Shown here piece by piece: positions 15,151 to 18,369 of a DNA stretch of 18,369 nt. The first letter of the stretch is position 1. The number at the start of each line of letters is the position of its first letter. This DNA is from Candidatus Sigynarchaeum calidifontis (GTDB taxonomy: Archaea > Asgardarchaeota > Lokiarchaeia > Sigyniarchaeales > Sigyniarchaeaceae), in NCBI GenBank assembly GCA_030587475.2, contig JAUQYZ020000214.1, positions 1 to 18,369 on the forward strand, read 5' to 3'. The notes below the pieces were generated by a model. The model saw only the letters and a program-made list of their open reading frames with translations, made no database searches and had not been told where the DNA came from. Position numbers and translations under genes: made by a program.

Positions 15151-16686
15151 TCACCGTTTCCGTTGTTCCGCGATCATCCTCGACAAATTGATCGAGGAGA
15201 GCACGCCCTTCAGCTTGTTGTCCGTCTCCAGGTATTCCTCCTGGGGCTTTGAATCCGCGACGATGCCGGCTCCCGCTTGTGCCACGAACTTGTGCCCGTG
15301 GTTGAACATGGTGCGGATGCTGATGGCCATGTCCATGTCGCCGGTGAAGCTCACGTATCCCGCGCAACCCGCGTATGGACCGCGATCCTCCACCTCGAGC
15401 TGGTGTATGATCTCCATCGCCCGCTTTTTCGGTGCTCCCGACACGGTTCCCGCGGGAAACATGGCCTTTAACACGTCGAACGGGTTCTCGTACGAGACGG
15501 ATCGTATCTTGGATATTATGTGCATGACGTTTGGGAATTTCTTCAAGCGAAACAGCTCGTAGGTGTCGACGCTGCCGGGGACGCTCACGCGGGCCATGTC
15601 GTTGCGTGCGAGATCCACGAGCATCACGTGTTCCGCAAGCTCCTTTTCGCTGTGAAGCAGTTCCTGCTCCATGCGCTTCTCGTCCTCGGGATCCCTCCCT
15701 CGCCGCCGCGTGCCAGCGATCGGCACTGTGTTCAAGCGCGTGCGATCCTTGGTCACCAGAGCTTCCGGGCTGCTGCCGATCAAGCGGATCGCGCCGCCGT
15801 TCATCCCGCCAAAGCTCAAGAAAAACATGTACGCGGAGGGATTTAACACGCGCAATGCTTGATAAACATCGAGCGGGTCGGCATCGGCATCGCTGATCAT
15901 CTTCCGTGAAATCACGGCTTGCATGATGTCCCCCGCGGCAAGGTGTTCCTTTGTTTTTTCTATCATCGACGTCCAGCGGTCGAGGCTCGTGTTGGTCGTG
16001 AAGCCCGTGTCTTGCTTGAGCAGGCTTGCCTTGTCGAACGCGGGGATATCCGACCTTGCTCTTGCAGCCAGCTGCTTGAAGGCATCGAAGCGCCGCGCGA
16101 TAACCGCATCGCCCTCGTATTCCCCCTTGGTGTTCGTGATCTGGTACAAGGTCTTGGTCGCGTGGGAATACGCGAGCACTGTCGTGAAGAGTCCCATTAG
16201 CACGTCTGGGAAAAGCTCCCTGCTGGCCTGGCTCGGTGCATAGCCGACGTACGGTGCCACGACATCGTACCCAACATAGCCAAGCAATCCACCCGAGAAA
16301 ACCTTGCGGGGGAAGAGTTCTGGCATGGCAGAGCGCGTGATCGGGAAGAAATCCTTCAATTGATCGATCGCAGCGAGGTTCATCGGCATATCATCTTCGA
16401 ACGGCATCTCGTATTCCTTTTTTTCGGTTATTGAAGATCCTGCGGCGGCCTTGAACTTCTCGCCCGTTTCAGTTGAGACCTCCAGGACATGGAGGTCGGA
16501 ACCGTTCACCTGGAGCACGAGATCGGGGTTGATGCCGATGAAGCTGAACAGCATCTCGTGCGAGTCCTCGGCGACGGATTCGAGCAGCGCGTGCGTCCTC
16601 GCTCCCGATTCATCGACGAGGTACTTGTAGAAGGAAAAAAACTCGTTCGTCGTCCCTAGTTTCTTGATGTTGATGTTCAGTTCCAT
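15151..16686 (-). CDS. trpE: Anthranilate synthase component I
   Basis: ALLES and NPSAYM (Trp feedback site), GSSPE, PIAGTRRRG, KELAEHVMLVDLARND, FPAGTVSGAPKKRAMEII, QAGAGIVADS. ATG 16686 has AGGTGA 5 nt upstream, so I prefer it to GTG 16695. Confidence 0.93.
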   Translation of the reverse strand: MELNINIKKLGTTNEFFSFYKYLVDESGARTHALLESVAEDSHEMLFSFIGINPDLVLQVNGSDLHVLEVSTETGEKFKAAAGSSITEKKEYEMPFEDDMPMNLAAIDQLKDFFPITRSAMPELFPRKVFSGGLLGYVGYDVVAPYVGYAPSQASRELFPDVLMGLFTTVLAYSHATKTLYQITNTKGEYEGDAVIARRFDAFKQLAARARSDIPAFDKASLLKQDTGFTTNTSLDRWTSMIEKTKEHLAAGDIMQAVISRKMISDADADPLDVYQALRVLNPSAYMFFLSFGGMNGGAIRLIGSSPEALVTKDRTRLNTVPIAGTRRRGRDPEDEKRMEQELLHSEKELAEHVMLVDLARNDMARVSVPGSVDTYELFRLKKFPNVMHIISKIRSVSYENPFDVLKAMFPAGTVSGAPKKRAMEIIHQLEVEDRGPYAGCAGYVSFTGDMDMAISIRTMFNHGHKFVAQAGAGIVADSKPQEEYLETDNKLKGVLSSINLSRMIAEQRKR

Positions 16687-16695
16687 GTCGTTCAC

Positions 16696-17529
16696 CTAAT
16701 CCTTGCTCATTCTTGCTTTCCTCGTTGCATCTTTCAATTCGCTCGTGAATCGTTTGATTTTCTCTATCATGAGTTCCTTGTCTTGCAAGTGCTTCCCGAT
16801 CATGTCGACAATCGCTGACCCGACGATCGCGCCGCTCGCGCCGAGCTCGACGATCTCGCGCACGTGGTCGGGGGATGATATGCCGAAGCCCACGCAGATG
16901 GGGACGTGTTTTCCTGTACCGAGTAGTCTCGTGGCGCGCTGGATCGTCGCCCGGGTTTCCTCGAGCAGCGAGGCTCGCGCCCCGGTCACGCCCTTCACCG
17001 CGACGAGGTACAAGAATCCCCTTGCCTGGCCCGCGATCGCCTCGAGACGCTCGTCCGTCGTGGTCGGGGCAGCGAGAGCGATGAGAAACATCCCGTGTTG
17101 CTCGATGGCTGCCTTGTACGGCACGGCCTCTTCCGAGGGAACGTCCGCGATGATCAGCCCGTCGATACCGGCGTTCTCGAACGCAACAAGCGATTCTTCC
17201 ATCCTTCTCCCCACGCCGACGACGTTCGCGTACGTGAGCACGACGATGGGCTTTCCCGTGCATATACGTATCCCGGCGATGAGGTCGCACGCCTTCGAGA
17301 ACGTGGTGCCCGACGCGAGCGCCCGTGCATCCGCCGCCTGGATGACCTCGCCGTCGGCGATGGGATCCGTGTAAGGGATGCCGAACTCGATGATGTCGGC
17401 ATGTGGCTCGATCGCTTTCGCCAGCGTCGTGAACGTGGCAGGATCCGGGTCCCCGGCGACGAGAAACGGCACGAACGCGCGCTCGCCCTTGTCGTCGAGG
17501 TCATCGAAGACTTTTTCAAGCCGGTTCAT
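16696..17529 (-). CDS. trpA: Tryptophan synthase alpha chain
   Basis: AGDP, IEFGIPYTDPIADGEVIQ (catalytic Glu and Asp), GFLYLV..GVTG, VGFGIS, GAIVGSAI. ATGA overlap with trpB. Confidence 0.96.
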   Translation of the reverse strand: MNRLEKVFDDLDDKGERAFVPFLVAGDPDPATFTTLAKAIEPHADIIEFGIPYTDPIADGEVIQAADARALASGTTFSKACDLIAGIRICTGKPIVVLTYANVVGVGRRMEESLVAFENAGIDGLIIADVPSEEAVPYKAAIEQHGMFLIALAAPTTTDERLEAIAGQARGFLYLVAVKGVTGARASLLEETRATIQRATRLLGTGKHVPICVGFGISSPDHVREIVELGASGAIVGSAIVDMIGKHLQDKELMIEKIKRFTSELKDATRKARMSKD

Positions 17530-18369
17530 GGTGTGCCAAACCCCCGTTGCTTCATGATTATGTCCATGTCCTTGCTCCCGCTGCCTGACAAGTTGATGAC
17601 CATGATGTCGTCGGCCGAGTAATCATCGGCGAGCTTCTTGGCGAACGCGAGCGCGTGGCTAGTTTCCAGGGCAGGGATGATGCCCTCCGTTCTCGAGAGC
17701 CAGTAGAACGCGTCGAGGGCTTTCTCGTCAGTGGCGGATGCCAGCGAGAGGCGTCCGGCATCCTTCAAGTTGCAGAGCTCGGGGCCGACGCCGGGATAGT
17801 CCAGGCCCGCGGAGATGGAATGGGTCTCCAGCACGTTTCTCTCGTGATCCTGGAGCAGCAGCTGCATTGCCCCGTGCAGCACGCCCTCGATCCCCTTGGC
17901 GAGCGACGCGGCATGCTTGCCCGTCTCGAGGCCCTCGCCCGCGGCTTCCACGCCCCACAGTTCCACGTCCGGATCCTCGATGAACTCGTAGAACGCGCCC
18001 ATCGCGTTGGAACCGCCACCGACGCACGATACGATGCCCCGCGGGAGCCTGCCCTCCTTTTGCAAGACTTGCTGCTTGATCTCCTGCCCGATGACCTTCT
18101 GGAAATCGCGAACGATCATGGGATACGGATGCGGGCCGACCACGCTCCCGATGAGATAGTGCGTGTCCTCCACGTGCGATGTCCAATAGCGCAAGGCCTC
18201 GGACGTGGCCTCCTTGAGGGTCTTCGAGCCCGCGTGGACGGGCACGATCTCGGCGCCGAGAACCCGCATGCGGTTCACGTTGTATGCCTGGCGCTCGATG
18301 TCGACCGCGCCCATGAACACCTTCGTCTTCATGCCGAAGTACGCGCCCGTGATGGCCGTCGCGAACCCG
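17526..18369 (-). CDS. trpB: Tryptophan synthase beta chain (TrpB1 type); 5' part lies outside the window
   Basis: MGAVDIERQAYNVNRM, TLKEA, GSVVGPHPYP, CVGGGSNAMG, HSISAGLDYPGVGPE, EGIIPALETSHA. The frame stays open to the window edge (GFATAITGAYFG precedes the track Met at 18332). Confidence 0.96.
   Translation of the reverse strand, partial: GFATAITGAYFGMKTKVFMGAVDIERQAYNVNRMRVLGAEIVPVHAGSKTLKEATSEALRYWTSHVEDTHYLIGSVVGPHPYPMIVRDFQKVIGQEIKQQVLQKEGRLPRGIVSCVGGGSNAMGAFYEFIEDPDVELWGVEAAGEGLETGKHAASLAKGIEGVLHGAMQLLLQDHERNVLETHSISAGLDYPGVGPELCNLKDAGRLSLASATDEKALDAFYWLSRTEGIIPALETSHALAFAKKLADDYSADDIMVINLSGSGSKDMDIIMKQRGFGTP

Noticed and set aside
14488-16686. Alternative call as aminodeoxychorismate synthase pabA/pabB
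   Set aside because: Direct coupling to trpA/trpB, the PIAGT motif (rather than PIKGT) and Trp feedback motifs favour trpE/trpG.

Overview
A gene-dense, moderately GC-rich (by eye about 55-60%) prokaryotic window with 15 supportable protein-coding genes. I recognised no tRNA, rRNA, CRISPR array or transposase. The left two thirds is a carbohydrate/accessory neighbourhood: a 5'-truncated GH127 beta-L-arabinofuranosidase-like gene translationally coupled to a MOP-superfamily (MATE/flippase-like) membrane protein, an uncharacterised beta-propeller glycosidase-like protein, two different ADP-ribosylglycohydrolase-family proteins flanking an extended SDR epimerase/reductase, an AhpD-like CxxC protein, an acyl-CoA synthetase-like adenylating enzyme, a small basic orphan, a Sip1/raffinose-synthase-type GH36 alpha-galactosidase and a DUF6125-like protein. 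The right end is a tryptophan operon fragment in the order trpB-trpA-trpE-trpG on the minus strand, with trpB truncated by the window edge. TATA-like boxes about 23-27 nt before start codons, GGTGA-type ribosome-binding sites and oligo-T tracts suggest an archaeon. An Asgard (Loki/Sigyn-like) origin is my inference only. The items most worth a second look are a 243-nt hairpin-rich intergenic element at 6882-7124, the GH127-MOP-propeller-ARH sugar cluster, and non-canonical residues in conserved motifs of the adenylating enzyme, TrpB and one ARH protein.
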